DNA of 64,000 bases from an uncultured Pseudomonadota bacterium (lineage in GTDB: Bacteria > Myxococcota_A > Bradymonadia > Bradymonadales > Bradymonadaceae), in contig CAJXPB010000007.1 of NCBI GenBank assembly GCA_913057905.1, positions 57,807-121,806 of the forward strand, given 5' to 3'. The translations under genes were made by a program, and so were the position numbers. The notes under the pieces were generated by a model. The model searched no databases. It was given only the letters and a program-made list of their open reading frames with translations, and was not told the DNA's origin. Below are positions 43,553 to 53,320 of this stretch, one piece after another. How positions within the stretch are numbered: the stretch's first letter is position 1; each line of letters begins with the position of its first letter.

Positions 43553-44821
43553 TCACGGTTCGATGACTTCTTTCCCGTACATATACGGCTGGAGGGCGTC
43601 GGGAATGGAGATCGAGCCGTCGGCATTCTGGTTGTTCTCTATCAGTGGAATCAGAATCCGCGGGCTCGCCACCATGGTGTTGTTCAGGGTGTAGCAGTAG
43701 CGGGTGTCGCCGTCGTCGCCGCGAAACCGAATATTGGAGCGACGAGCCTGAAAGTCATAGAGGCTCGAGCAGGAGTGTGTCTCACAGTAATTATCGCGCG
43801 ACGGCATCCAGGTCTCGATCTCGTTTTTCAACACCTGGCCCTGCCCGGTTTCGCCGGTGCAGGCGATAGCCACCCTGTGGGGAAGCTCGAGGGCCTGCAT
43901 CAGATCCTCGGCGTTGCCCAGGAGCCTTCGGTGGAGCTCGCGCGAGGCCTCGGCGTCGTCCTCGGCAATGATCACCTGCTCGACCTTTTTGAACTGGTGG
44001 ACTCGATAAACGCCGCGGGTGTCGGCGCCCGCGCTGCCGGCTTCCCGTCGAAAACAGGAGGATTCGGCGGCCATCGTAATGGGGAGTTCATCCCGGTCGA
44101 TGATCTCGTCGGCTCGGGTGCTGACCAGCGTAACCTCGCTGGTGCCGACCAACCATTTGTCGTCGCGCTCGATGTGGTACGAATCCTCACGTCCATAGGG
44201 AAACCATCCGCTTCCCTTCAGCGCGCTCTCGTTGACGATCACCGGACCGGACACGGGCTCGAATCCATCGTCGACCAGCATGTCCATCGCCAGTCGGCAC
44301 ACCGCCTGCTCGAGCATCGCCCCGGCGCCCTTCAATAGATAGGCGCGCGATCCGGCGAATTTGATAGCCCGCTCCTTGTCGATGATATCGAGCAGCTCAC
44401 CGAGTTCTTCGTGGTCACGGGGTTCGAAATCAAAGTCCGGCGGCTCGCCGTACGTCCGAACCACCTCGTTGTCCGGTTCGTCGTCGCCGACCGGCACCTC
44501 GTCGAGGGGTACGCTGGGCACGGCCAGCATCAGCTCCCTGTACTCCTCCTGAATGTCCTTGAGTTCCGACTCGACCTCGGCGACCTCCTCTTTGAGGTCC
44601 CGGCCCTCCTCGATCAGATCGGGCCGCTCTTCGTCGGAGGCCTGGGGGATGGCGTCGGCGATTTCGTTCCGGCGCTCGCGGATCGTTTCGCTCTCGTGGA
44701 TGAGCGTGCGTCGGCGCTCGTCGAGCTCCAACAGGCGATCGACGTCGATGTCGAAGTTTTTGTGCTCGGCAGCGCGTTGCACCTGGTCGGCGTGCTCGCG
44801 GATGTAATCAATATCCAGCAT
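43553..44821 (-). CDS. serS: seryl-tRNA synthetase
   Basis: ORF trimmed to MLDIDYIREHADQV (ATG at 44821). N-terminal coiled coil, then class II motifs FRREAGS and TLNNTMVASPR. Confidence 0.96.
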   Translation of the reverse strand: MLDIDYIREHADQVQRAAEHKNFDIDVDRLLELDERRRTLIHESETIRERRNEIADAIPQASDEERPDLIEEGRDLKEEVAEVESELKDIQEEYRELMLAVPSVPLDEVPVGDDEPDNEVVRTYGEPPDFDFEPRDHEELGELLDIIDKERAIKFAGSRAYLLKGAGAMLEQAVCRLAMDMLVDDGFEPVSGPVIVNESALKGSGWFPYGREDSYHIERDDKWLVGTSEVTLVSTRADEIIDRDELPITMAAESSCFRREAGSAGADTRGVYRVHQFKKVEQVIIAEDDAEASRELHRRLLGNAEDLMQALELPHRVAIACTGETGQGQVLKNEIETWMPSRDNYCETHSCSSLYDFQARRSNIRFRGDDGDTRYCYTLNNTMVASPRILIPLIENNQNADGSISIPDALQPYMYGKEVIEP

Positions 44822-45020
44822 CGGTCCTGAGGGATGAAAGTCGTCTCTGAGTCGGGTCGACAGACCGTCTCTATCACGTCCCTCGGTCGAAACACAATTT
44901 CGGGCACCATCGTCCGAAGGATCCCGGTCGAACCCGCGTAAACCCGGGCTTGCCGACCCGGCCACCAAGTGTTACCCACGCGCCGAATTCACGCGCGATC
45001 CATCCCCACCGAGGTCCCCC

Positions 45021-45677
45021 ATGAAATTCTTTATCGACACGGCTGATATCGACGAAGTCCGCAAGGCTGCGGACATCGGCATTCTCGACGGCGTGACCAC
45101 CAATCCGTCGCTCGTGGCCGACTCGGGACGCAAGCTCAAGGACGTCGTTCTCGACATTTGTGAAATTGTTGACGGCCCTGTCAGTGTTGAAGTTACTGCG
45201 ACCGATCGCGAGGGGATGCTCGAAGAAGCTCGCGAGTTCGCGACATGGGCCGACAACACGGTCATCAAAGTGCCTCTGACCCCGGCCGGCTTGAGCGCGT
45301 GTCATACGCTCGCCGGCGAGGGGATCGACTGTAACGTGACCCTCTGTTTCTCGGCCAACCAGGCATTATTGGCGGCTCGAGCGGGCGCTCGGTTCATCAG
45401 TCCGTTCATCGGCCGGCTCGACGACATCGGCCAGCGCGGCATGGGCCTCATCGAAGATATCGTTCAGATGTATTCGAATTACGATTACATCGACACCGAG
45501 GTCCTCGCCGCATCGATTCGTCACCCGCGTCACGTCACGGAGTCGGCACTGGCCGGTGCCGATGTCGCCACGATTCCGGCCGACGTCATCGATCAGTTGT
45601 TTCAACATCCCAAGACGGACCAGGGTCTGCAAAAGTTCCTGGACGACTGGAACGCTTCTGAGGCAAACTCCGGATAA
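45021..45677 (+). CDS. short-form transaldolase / fructose-6-phosphate aldolase
   Basis: 218 aa. Starts [16 protein letters not shown]. The Schiff-base lysine context is [13 protein letters not shown]. Confidence 0.93.
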   Translation: MKFFIDTADIDEVRKAADIGILDGVTTNPSLVADSGRKLKDVVLDICEIVDGPVSVEVTATDREGMLEEAREFATWADNTVIKVPLTPAGLSACHTLAGEGIDCNVTLCFSANQALLAARAGARFISPFIGRLDDIGQRGMGLIEDIVQMYSNYDYIDTEVLAASIRHPRHVTESALAGADVATIPADVIDQLFQHPKTDQGLQKFLDDWNASEANSG

Positions 45678-45718
45678 TCCGGACACCGCCTCACCACGAT
45701 TGACTGCCGGAGGTTCAC

Positions 45719-46270
45719 GTGATCGCCAAACTGACACTTCTCTTCACCGTCGTCACTGTCGTCGAGCTGACGATCCTGATCCCGATTGGGCAGGCGCTCG
45801 GCACGTTGCCCACGGTCGCCCTCGTTCTGGGCACGGCCGTGGTCGGTGGGACCCTCGCCAAACAGCAGGGACTCGCCATCTGGCGACGCATTCAGCAGCA
45901 ACTCGCCAACGGGCAACTCCCCAGCGATTCGCTGCTCGACGGTCTGGCGGTCATCGTGGCCGGCGCGTTTCTGATGACCCCGGGAGTCCTGACCGACGTG
46001 GCCGGCATCTCGCTGCTGATTCCCGTGCTCCGTTCGCCGCTCAAGGCGTGGCTCAAGACCCACGTCCAGGACATGCTCGACGGGTCGTCGGTGACCTTCA
46101 TCGAGAGCCGCAGTTTCTCATCGACCAACTTTGAAAACCCCTATGACTCCGAGCGAAGCCATCAGAATTCCAGAAAGGACGACGTGATCGACGTGCCGTC
46201 GTCTGAGGCGCGCAACGACGGGTCCGACGGAAGCGAGGATTCTCCGATTGAACTCCCCGCTTCGAGTTAA
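45719..46270 (+). CDS. fxsA: FxsA-family inner-membrane protein
   Basis: 183 aa with a GTG start. VVELTILIPIGQALG...LLDGLAVIVAGAFLMTPGVLTDVAGISLLIPVLR matches the FxsA pattern. Confidence 0.8.
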   Translation: MIAKLTLLFTVVTVVELTILIPIGQALGTLPTVALVLGTAVVGGTLAKQQGLAIWRRIQQQLANGQLPSDSLLDGLAVIVAGAFLMTPGVLTDVAGISLLIPVLRSPLKAWLKTHVQDMLDGSSVTFIESRSFSSTNFENPYDSERSHQNSRKDDVIDVPSSEARNDGSDGSEDSPIELPASS

Positions 46271-46308
46271 TTTGCCATTCTGTTTTTCCAAACTGCCGAG
46301 TAACACTC

Positions 46309-46947
46309 ATGCTGGTTGACCTACACGCAAAGTCCTCGATCTCCGAGGGAACAGACGTCTCGATCGACGCGGTCCTCGACCGAGCGGCCGACGAAGGCCT
46401 CGACGGGGTCGCATTTTGCGAGACCCTTTCGACGACGTACTGCGACGAAGTCCTGGAGCGTGCCTCCGAGCACGATGTCGATGTCTTTATCGGCGTCGAG
46501 ATTCCGACCGACACGGGCATTCTCCTTGGGTTTACGCCCTCGATCGATCATTTCTACCGGGCCGAATTCTGGCGGCGCTATACCGATTCGATGCGTCCCT
46601 CGCCCGAAGCGATCATCGACCTGTTCGACGAGCAGGATGGCGCGATCGTCGCCGCTCGCCCCTACGACCGAAACGCGTCCTTCGTGATGGGGGACCACAT
46701 TTTCGAACTCGAGGGGCTCAGCGGGGTCGAAGTCCTGAACTCCCGCGTCTCGCGGACCCACAATGATTTCGCCGTCGAGGCGGCCGCCTACATGGGTGCT
46801 CCCACCGTCGGCGGCAGCGATCCGTCGGATTCGGTCGACGCCGTCGGCGAGTCGGCCACGTACTTCGATGGAGATATCGGCACCCAGGGCCAACTCGTCG
46901 AAGCGCTCCGCCAGGGGGATTTCTGGGCGGTCGAACTCAACGAATGA
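46309..46947 (+). CDS. PHP-domain-like protein with a degenerate N-terminal metal motif
   Basis: 212 aa. It has MLVDLHAKSSISEGT where PHP proteins have DLHxHS..SDG, and later FCETLS where TDH is usual. The assignment rests on overall pattern only. Confidence 0.6.
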   Translation: MLVDLHAKSSISEGTDVSIDAVLDRAADEGLDGVAFCETLSTTYCDEVLERASEHDVDVFIGVEIPTDTGILLGFTPSIDHFYRAEFWRRYTDSMRPSPEAIIDLFDEQDGAIVAARPYDRNASFVMGDHIFELEGLSGVEVLNSRVSRTHNDFAVEAAAYMGAPTVGGSDPSDSVDAVGESATYFDGDIGTQGQLVEALRQGDFWAVELNE

Positions 46948-46960
46948 ACCGACACGGCGG

Positions 46961-47863
46961 CTAAGCCTCTTCGCGCAATCGATTCTCTACAGTCTCCAAC
47001 GAGGGAATCGACCCGCGCGAGCCGATTTGAGCACAGGAGAGGCCCGCCGCCAGGTTGGCCACCCGAATCTGGCGTTCCAGGGGCCAACCCCGCGCCACGC
47101 CATAGGCGAAGGCGCCCAGAAAGATGTCGCCCGACCCGGTGTCCTCGACGATATCCACGGGATACGCTGGAATCCAGAGGAGCTCTTCTTGGGTCTCGAC
47201 GGCGCCGACAGCCCCTTCGTCTCCGAGCGTCAGCACCACCGTATCCGGGCCCGCCTCCAGCAGAGCCCGGGTTGCGCCATCCAACTCACCGAGCCCGGTC
47301 CAGCGACTGGCAAATCGCTCCGACGCCACAAGATAGTCGGCGCGTTCGACCAACTCCGAGTGGTCCGAATCCAGATGATGGGCGTCCAAGAGGACCGGAG
47401 CTCCGCTCTCATTGGCCCGCTTGGCCAGTGTGATCTGGGCTGCCGGCTCCATGCCGTCGAGCACCAGGAGGTCCGACGAATCGACCCGTACGTCCGAGGC
47501 CTCCGCGGGGGTGAGGGCTGTTGTATTCCCGCGTGAAAAAAGGGTTCGGTGGTCTCCCGTGCCCCTCTCGAGCGCGACGAAGCGAAACTGACTGACCGCA
47601 CCAGCCTCCCGTACCAAAAAGGTCGTGTCGACACCTTCACCCGAGAGCGTACCTTCGATGGCGTCGGCGCGTGCGTCGTCTCCAACTTTCCCGAAGAATC
47701 GCGCCTGGCCGCCCCATCGAGCCACGACGACGACCGCGGTCGCCGCCGTCCCGCCGCCCTGAACGCTGAAGGCCTTCATCTCGGTTTCTTTGCCCGGCTC
47801 CGGAAACCGGCCGACGATCCCGAAATGATCCAATGTGCAGTGTCCGGTTCCCAACACGCTCAT
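46961..47863 (-). CDS. PfkB-family carbohydrate/nucleoside kinase
   Basis: 300 aa. GGGTAATAVV near the N-terminus and PfkB signature 2 as DTGSGDIFLGAF. Confidence 0.85.
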   Translation of the reverse strand: MSVLGTGHCTLDHFGIVGRFPEPGKETEMKAFSVQGGGTAATAVVVVARWGGQARFFGKVGDDARADAIEGTLSGEGVDTTFLVREAGAVSQFRFVALERGTGDHRTLFSRGNTTALTPAEASDVRVDSSDLLVLDGMEPAAQITLAKRANESGAPVLLDAHHLDSDHSELVERADYLVASERFASRWTGLGELDGATRALLEAGPDTVVLTLGDEGAVGAVETQEELLWIPAYPVDIVEDTGSGDIFLGAFAYGVARGWPLERQIRVANLAAGLSCAQIGSRGSIPSLETVENRLREEA

Positions 47864-48027
47864 TACGACACCTCCAGATGTACCGGAACGACGACTGTAT
47901 ATTCACGAGTATGTTAGAATAGTCGTATCGAAAGCGGCGTCAATCTGGACGTCCTCCCCGGGCCTGCCGTAGAATGGACTGTACACACCTCTCCACTCGC
48001 GCCCCTTCGCCGGGGCCGGAGCCGCCT

Positions 48028-49734
48028 ATGAGTAATGAACCGATCGACCGACAGACGCTGGACGAGTCACTGGCGCGTCTGACCGAACACTCCCAACGAT
48101 GGGCCACTCTCTCGATCGAACGTCGCCTCGAGCTTGCGCGTGCCTTTCGGGATCGAACCCACGAGACGGCGCCCGCCCAGGTCCGCAGCGCCCTCGATGC
48201 AAAACGCCTCTCCCCGGATGATCCACAGTCGGCCGAGGAATGGCTCGCCGGACCGATGATTTCGCTGCGATACATGCGGATGCTCATCGAAACCCTCGAG
48301 GAGATCCGCGAGCACGGCCATCCACAATGCTCGGTCGGCGACCTGCAACGGCGCGCCGGCGGCCAGGTCGTCGCCGAGGTCATTCCGCATGACCTCTGGG
48401 ATCGCCTGCTGTACAACGGGTTCCGCGCCGAGGTCTGGATGGAACCGGAGGTCGACGCCGAGGAGGTCTGCGCGTCGATGGGGCAGTTTTACCGTCGCGA
48501 CCAGCCGGAAGGTGCCGTCGAGCTGATCCTGGGCGCCGGAAACGTCGCGAGCATCGGGCCCCTGGACGCGATCTCGAAACTCTTCGTCGAGGGCCGGGTC
48601 TGTCTGATCAAGGTCAACCCGGTCAACGCATACCTCGAACCATTCTGGCGGGAGCGGTTCCGACCGTTCATCGAAGAGGGATTTGTCGACATCGTGACCG
48701 GCGGCGCCGACGTCGGCAGTTATCTGTGTGGCCACGAGCACGTCGACCACATCCACATCACCGGCTCCGACAAGACCCACGATGCCATCGTCTTCGGCTC
48801 CGACGATGAAGCCACTCGCCGAAAGGCCGAAAACGACCCGGTTCTGGACAAGCCGATCACCTCTGAACTCGGCAACATCAGTCCCGTGGTCGTCGTCCCC
48901 GGCCCGTGGAAGGAGCGAGACATCGACTTCCACGCCCAAAACCTGGCCACCCAACTGGCCAACAATGCCGGCTTCAACTGCAACGCCGTGCGAGCCATCG
49001 TCCGGCCGGAGGGATGGGGCATCGGAGCGAGTCTCGTCGACCGGACCCTCGAATATCTGGACGAAATCGGCACCCGATACGCGTATTATCCGGGTGCCGA
49101 GGATCGATACAACAACTTTCTGGAGTCCCACGACCGCGTCGACACCGTCGGAACGCCCGACGAAGGGGAGCTGCCCTGGGCCGTCCTCAGAGACGTCGAT
49201 CCCGACTCCGACCATCCGGCCTTCCACGAAGAGGCCTTCTGCGGGGTGACCGCCGAGACACTGCTGGACGCAGAGACACCGGCGGACTTCCTTCGCCGGG
49301 CCGTCCGTTTCTGCAACGAACGTCTGTGGGGGACCCTGAACGCCTGCCTTCTGGTCCACCCGGAAACCCGACGGCACCTCGGCGAGACCCTCGAAGCGGC
49401 CATCGCCGATCTGCGGTACGGCACCGTGGCTATCAACCACTGGCCGGCCATCGGCTACGGACTCGGCGTCACACCCTGGGGGGCCTATCCGGGCAGCTCC
49501 CTGGACGACATCCAGTCCGGCCGGGGATGGGTTCACAATGCGCACATGTACGCTCATCCGCAAAAGTCCGTGGTACGCGGCCCGTTCCACGTCACCCCTA
49601 CGCCGCCCTGGTTTGTCACCAACGACGCGGCCCACGACATCATCCCGCAACTCATCGACTTCGAGGCGGGACCGTCACTTCGTCGGCTCGGTTCCGTCCT
49701 GTGGCCGACGCTTTTGAACGAAATTCGATCCTGA
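48028..49734 (+). CDS. aldehyde dehydrogenase family protein
   Basis: ORF 47974..49734 trimmed to the ATG at 48028 (MSNEPIDRQ...). Has ELGNISPVVVVPG (ELGGxxP-type) and a catalytic-Cys context NAGFNCNAVR. Confidence 0.82.
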   Translation: MSNEPIDRQTLDESLARLTEHSQRWATLSIERRLELARAFRDRTHETAPAQVRSALDAKRLSPDDPQSAEEWLAGPMISLRYMRMLIETLEEIREHGHPQCSVGDLQRRAGGQVVAEVIPHDLWDRLLYNGFRAEVWMEPEVDAEEVCASMGQFYRRDQPEGAVELILGAGNVASIGPLDAISKLFVEGRVCLIKVNPVNAYLEPFWRERFRPFIEEGFVDIVTGGADVGSYLCGHEHVDHIHITGSDKTHDAIVFGSDDEATRRKAENDPVLDKPITSELGNISPVVVVPGPWKERDIDFHAQNLATQLANNAGFNCNAVRAIVRPEGWGIGASLVDRTLEYLDEIGTRYAYYPGAEDRYNNFLESHDRVDTVGTPDEGELPWAVLRDVDPDSDHPAFHEEAFCGVTAETLLDAETPADFLRRAVRFCNERLWGTLNACLLVHPETRRHLGETLEAAIADLRYGTVAINHWPAIGYGLGVTPWGAYPGSSLDDIQSGRGWVHNAHMYAHPQKSVVRGPFHVTPTPPWFVTNDAAHDIIPQLIDFEAGPSLRRLGSVLWPTLLNEIRS

Positions 49735-49749
49735 CCGTCGAGGTTCATC

Positions 49750-50118
49750 GTGACATCACAAGAGTCGCCCGACGATCCGCAGCACCCCCCGACCTTGCGC
49801 GTCCTCCAGACGGCGGTCGACGACTGGATTACGCAGTGGGACGAAGGCTACTGGCCGCCGCTGGCAAATCTCGCCAGACTCACCGAGGAGGTCGGTGAGC
49901 TCGCCCGACTGCTCAATCGAGCATACGGCCCCAAGGTCGCCAAGGACGCGCCGGAGCCCGATACCCGGGAGGCCATTCGCGACGAGATCGGTGATATCCT
50001 CTTCGTCGTCATCACCCTGGCCAACGACCTGGACATCGACCTGGGGGCGACGCTGATCGAGACCCTCGAAAAGTACGAGGTCCGCGATGCCGACCGCTGG
50101 ACACCCCGGAATGATTAG
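49750..50118 (+). CDS. MazG-like nucleotide pyrophosphohydrolase domain protein
   Basis: 122 aa with a GTG start. EEVGELARLL...EIGDILFVVITLANDLDIDL corresponds to the EExxE/ExxD helices. Its stop overlaps the convergent ABC gene's stop (TTAG). Confidence 0.82.
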   Translation: MTSQESPDDPQHPPTLRVLQTAVDDWITQWDEGYWPPLANLARLTEEVGELARLLNRAYGPKVAKDAPEPDTREAIRDEIGDILFVVITLANDLDIDLGATLIETLEKYEVRDADRWTPRND

Positions 50119-51818
50119 CCCGCATCGGACCCCAGCGAATCCGGTTTGATGGACTCGGTGGCCCCGACTTGAGACGCAAAGATGAAGTGCTGGACGTCGT
50201 CGTTGTCCGACTCGAGCAGCGAGGCCGGCGGCCCCTCGGCGATGATCTCGCCCTTCGAAAGCATGGCCACATGGTCGGCGATCCGGAACGTCAATGACAT
50301 GTCGTGGCTGATGACCAGGCTCGTCACATCGAAGCGCTCCTGGACCTCTCGGATCATCTCTTCGACCTGACGAGTCATCATCGGGTCTTGCCCGGTCGTC
50401 GGCTCGTCGTAGATGATCAATTTCGGCTCGGTGATCAGGGCTCGAGCCAGCGAGACCCGTTTCTGCTGTCCGCTCGAAATCTCGCTCGGATTGCGCTTTC
50501 GCAGGTCGGCGATGTCGAGCTTCTCCAGAATCTCTTCGACCCGCTCCATCGCCTCGTCCCGGCTCGCAAGCTGGCGTTCGATCAGGGGAAACGCCACATT
50601 TTCCTCGACGTTCATCGAATCGAACAACGCAGCATGCTGAAAGAGCATGCCGATCTCGGTTCGCAGCTCCCGGAGCTGCCGTTCCGACAGGGTCGACAGG
50701 TCGCGACCCAGCACCTCCACCGACCCGCTGTCGGGCTCCATCAGGCCCAGCAGGTGTTTCATCAACACACTCTTGCCCTCCCCGCTGGCGCCGATGAGCA
50801 CCGTGATCTTGTTGAATGGCGCCCGGAGCGACGCCTTCTTCAAGACCTCGTTCGACCCGAAGGTCTTGTCGAGGTCATCGACAACCACGGCGAACTCGGC
50901 TCCTTCGGTCTGATCGATGTCGGACGCACTGTCGACCGCGATGTCGTCCTTGCGCACGCCCCGCACCAGAGACTTGATATTCGGATCCTCGTTCTCGCGG
51001 ATGGCCGCCGGGCTGTCGTGGGAGATAATGCGCCCGCCGTGCAGCACCGCGATGGTGTCGGCGAGCCGAAAGGTCGAGGCCATGTCGTGGCTGATGATCA
51101 CGCTCGTGAGCTGGTAACGGTCGACGGCGTCTTCGATCATCTCGTCGACAAACTCCATCATCACCGGGTCGAGGCCGGTGGTCGGCTCGTCGAACAATAC
51201 GACCTCCGGATTCGTCACCAGCGCCCGGGCCAGGCTGACCCGTTTTTTCATTCCGCCGGAGAGGGTGGCGGGAAACTGCTGCAGAGCGTGCTCGAGGCCG
51301 AGTTCGCTCAGCAACCCGGTGGCACGCTCCTCGGCCTCTTCGATCGACATCGCCGAGTTTTCGATGAGCGGAAAGGCCACGTTCTCGAGGGTCGTCATCG
51401 AATCGAAGAGCGCGTAATTCTGGAAGAGCGTGCCGATCCGTTTGCGCGCCCTGACCAGCTCCGGCTGCGACATCTCCGTGACCGGTTCGCCGAACAGAAA
51501 CACCTCGCCTTTGTCGGGCAGGTGCAGTCCGTTCATGTGACGGATGAGCACCGACTTACCCGAACCCGATGCCCCGATGATGACCGTGATATCGCCGGGT
51601 CGGATCGATAGAGACAGCCCGCGCAACACCTCCTCGCCTTCGAACGACTTGTGGACGTCGCGCAACTCGATGATCGGTTCGTCGGTGTCGATCGGAAAGG
51701 GATCGACATCGGGGACCAACAGATTGCTGCGATCGTGTTTGCTGTTCACATCTCTCTCCGTTCGATCAATGAGCCCCGGCCGTTCGGGGTGACACGCCCC
51801 GACGACTTGCGCTACCAT
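50115..51818 (-). CDS. ABC ATPase with two fused MlaF-like nucleotide-binding domains
   Basis: 567 aa. NBD1 has GASGSGKS, LSGGMKKRVSLARAL and VLFDEPTTGLD. NBD2 has GASGEGKS, ISSGQQKRVSLARAL and IIYDEPTTGQD. No permease gene is adjacent. Confidence 0.85.
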   Translation of the reverse strand: MVAQVVGACHPERPGLIDRTERDVNSKHDRSNLLVPDVDPFPIDTDEPIIELRDVHKSFEGEEVLRGLSLSIRPGDITVIIGASGSGKSVLIRHMNGLHLPDKGEVFLFGEPVTEMSQPELVRARKRIGTLFQNYALFDSMTTLENVAFPLIENSAMSIEEAEERATGLLSELGLEHALQQFPATLSGGMKKRVSLARALVTNPEVVLFDEPTTGLDPVMMEFVDEMIEDAVDRYQLTSVIISHDMASTFRLADTIAVLHGGRIISHDSPAAIRENEDPNIKSLVRGVRKDDIAVDSASDIDQTEGAEFAVVVDDLDKTFGSNEVLKKASLRAPFNKITVLIGASGEGKSVLMKHLLGLMEPDSGSVEVLGRDLSTLSERQLRELRTEIGMLFQHAALFDSMNVEENVAFPLIERQLASRDEAMERVEEILEKLDIADLRKRNPSEISSGQQKRVSLARALITEPKLIIYDEPTTGQDPMMTRQVEEMIREVQERFDVTSLVISHDMSLTFRIADHVAMLSKGEIIAEGPPASLLESDNDDVQHFIFASQVGATESIKPDSLGSDAG

Positions 51819-51865
51819 CCCGCTGGAACGACCGGACCTGCGATCAGACGATGGGTGAGCCTACA

Positions 51866-52201
51866 ATGTCCGACTCCGTGATCGAACCGATATCCGACAC
51901 CACCTTTGAGTCAGCGATCCTCAAGGCCGACAAGCCGGCGATCGTCGACTTCCACGCCTCATGGTGCGGCCCCTGCCGCGCCGTGCGTCCCGTCTACGAG
52001 GAACTCGGTGCGGAATTTGAGGATACATTGCTGATCACCTCGATCGACGTCGACGAAAACCCGCAGATCCCCACGAACTACGGTGTCAAATCGATCCCGA
52101 CCTTCATGCTATTCTACGAAGGTGAGGTCGTCGACCGCCTGGGCGGTGCCGTCCCGCGCACCGAACTGAGGACACTCTTCGAACGGGCTCTGGCCGTCTG
52201 A
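51866..52201 (+). CDS. trxA: thioredoxin
   Basis: ORF trimmed to MSDSVIEPISD (ATG at 51866). Active site WCGPC, plus ...GVKSIPTFMLF. Confidence 0.93.
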   Translation: MSDSVIEPISDTTFESAILKADKPAIVDFHASWCGPCRAVRPVYEELGAEFEDTLLITSIDVDENPQIPTNYGVKSIPTFMLFYEGEVVDRLGGAVPRTELRTLFERALAV

Positions 52202-52207
52202 TCCGAC

Positions 52208-53320
52208 TCAATGCAGCGGGCGGGCGCGCATGCTGACGTTCATCAGCAGACCGAGGGCGATGAAGGTCGTCAGCAGGCTGCTGCCCCCGTAGCTGAGAAG
52301 CGGCAGAGTCAGGCCCACCACGGGCACCAGCCCAGTCACCATTCCGATATTGACCAGCACATGCCAGAAGATGAACGCGGCGACCCCCACCCCGATATGC
52401 GCGCCGAATGTGTCCCGCGCCCGCCGCGAGATGGTCAGGGCTCGACCGATGAGTGCCCCGTAGAGTCCCAGTAGCAGGACCATCCCGGCAAATCCGTGTT
52501 CTTCGCCCCAGTTCGAGGCGATAAAGTCGTTTTCGTGCTCGGGCACAAACCCCTTCTGGATCTGAGTCCCTTCGCCGTGCCCCTTTCCCCAGACGCGCCC
52601 GGACCCAAACGCGATCACCGACTGCCGGACCTGCCAGGACGCCCCGTACCTGTCCTCGGTCAGATTTACGAATGCCTTGACCCGCTGGCGCTGGTAGTCG
52701 TGCATCCCCCAGGTCCAGCCGACCGGGACCGCCACCAGGGCCGCCAGACCGAGCGCCGCGATGCTGCTCCGATGTAGCCCCTCGAAGACGACCGAGGTCA
52801 TGAAAATAATGAGAATCACGAGCGACGTCCCCAGATCCGGCTGCTGGACGACCAGGAAGATCCCGGCGCCCACCAGCGAAAACGGCAGTACCAATTCTCG
52901 CAGTCGATACGGTTCCGCCTGTTCCCGGTCGTGAAAATACCGTGCCGCGACCAGGATTACCCCGATCTTTAGCAGCTCGGACGGCTGCATCAGAAAGAAG
53001 CCCAGATTCAGCCAGCGCTGTGACCCGTTGAGCTCGGTGCCGACCACCAACACGCCGACCAGAAGCAGCAACACACCGCCGTACAGCAGATACGCCCAAC
53101 GCTCGAAAACGCGGTAATCGAAGACGCACATCACGGTGACCACTCCGGTCCCCAACAGAAACCAGACCGTCTGGGTCAGATGCAGGTTGAAGCCGCCGCT
53201 GGCCTGCGACGCGCTCGACAGGTTCAGGATTCCGATGCCGGCGAGCGCCACCACGATGACGACCAGCGGCCAGTCGATCCGGCGAAGGAGGATTCTCCAT
53301 TTCGATGTGTTGGATCTCAT
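52208..53320 (-). CDS. rodA: SEDS peptidoglycan polymerase RodA
   Basis: 370 aa polytopic FtsW/RodA/SpoVE protein (QPSELLKI..., GLTLPLLSYGGSS). The start overlaps the mrdA stop by 4 nt. Confidence 0.94.
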   Translation of the reverse strand: MRSNTSKWRILLRRIDWPLVVIVVALAGIGILNLSSASQASGGFNLHLTQTVWFLLGTGVVTVMCVFDYRVFERWAYLLYGGVLLLLVGVLVVGTELNGSQRWLNLGFFLMQPSELLKIGVILVAARYFHDREQAEPYRLRELVLPFSLVGAGIFLVVQQPDLGTSLVILIIFMTSVVFEGLHRSSIAALGLAALVAVPVGWTWGMHDYQRQRVKAFVNLTEDRYGASWQVRQSVIAFGSGRVWGKGHGEGTQIQKGFVPEHENDFIASNWGEEHGFAGMVLLLGLYGALIGRALTISRRARDTFGAHIGVGVAAFIFWHVLVNIGMVTGLVPVVGLTLPLLSYGGSSLLTTFIALGLLMNVSMRARPLH

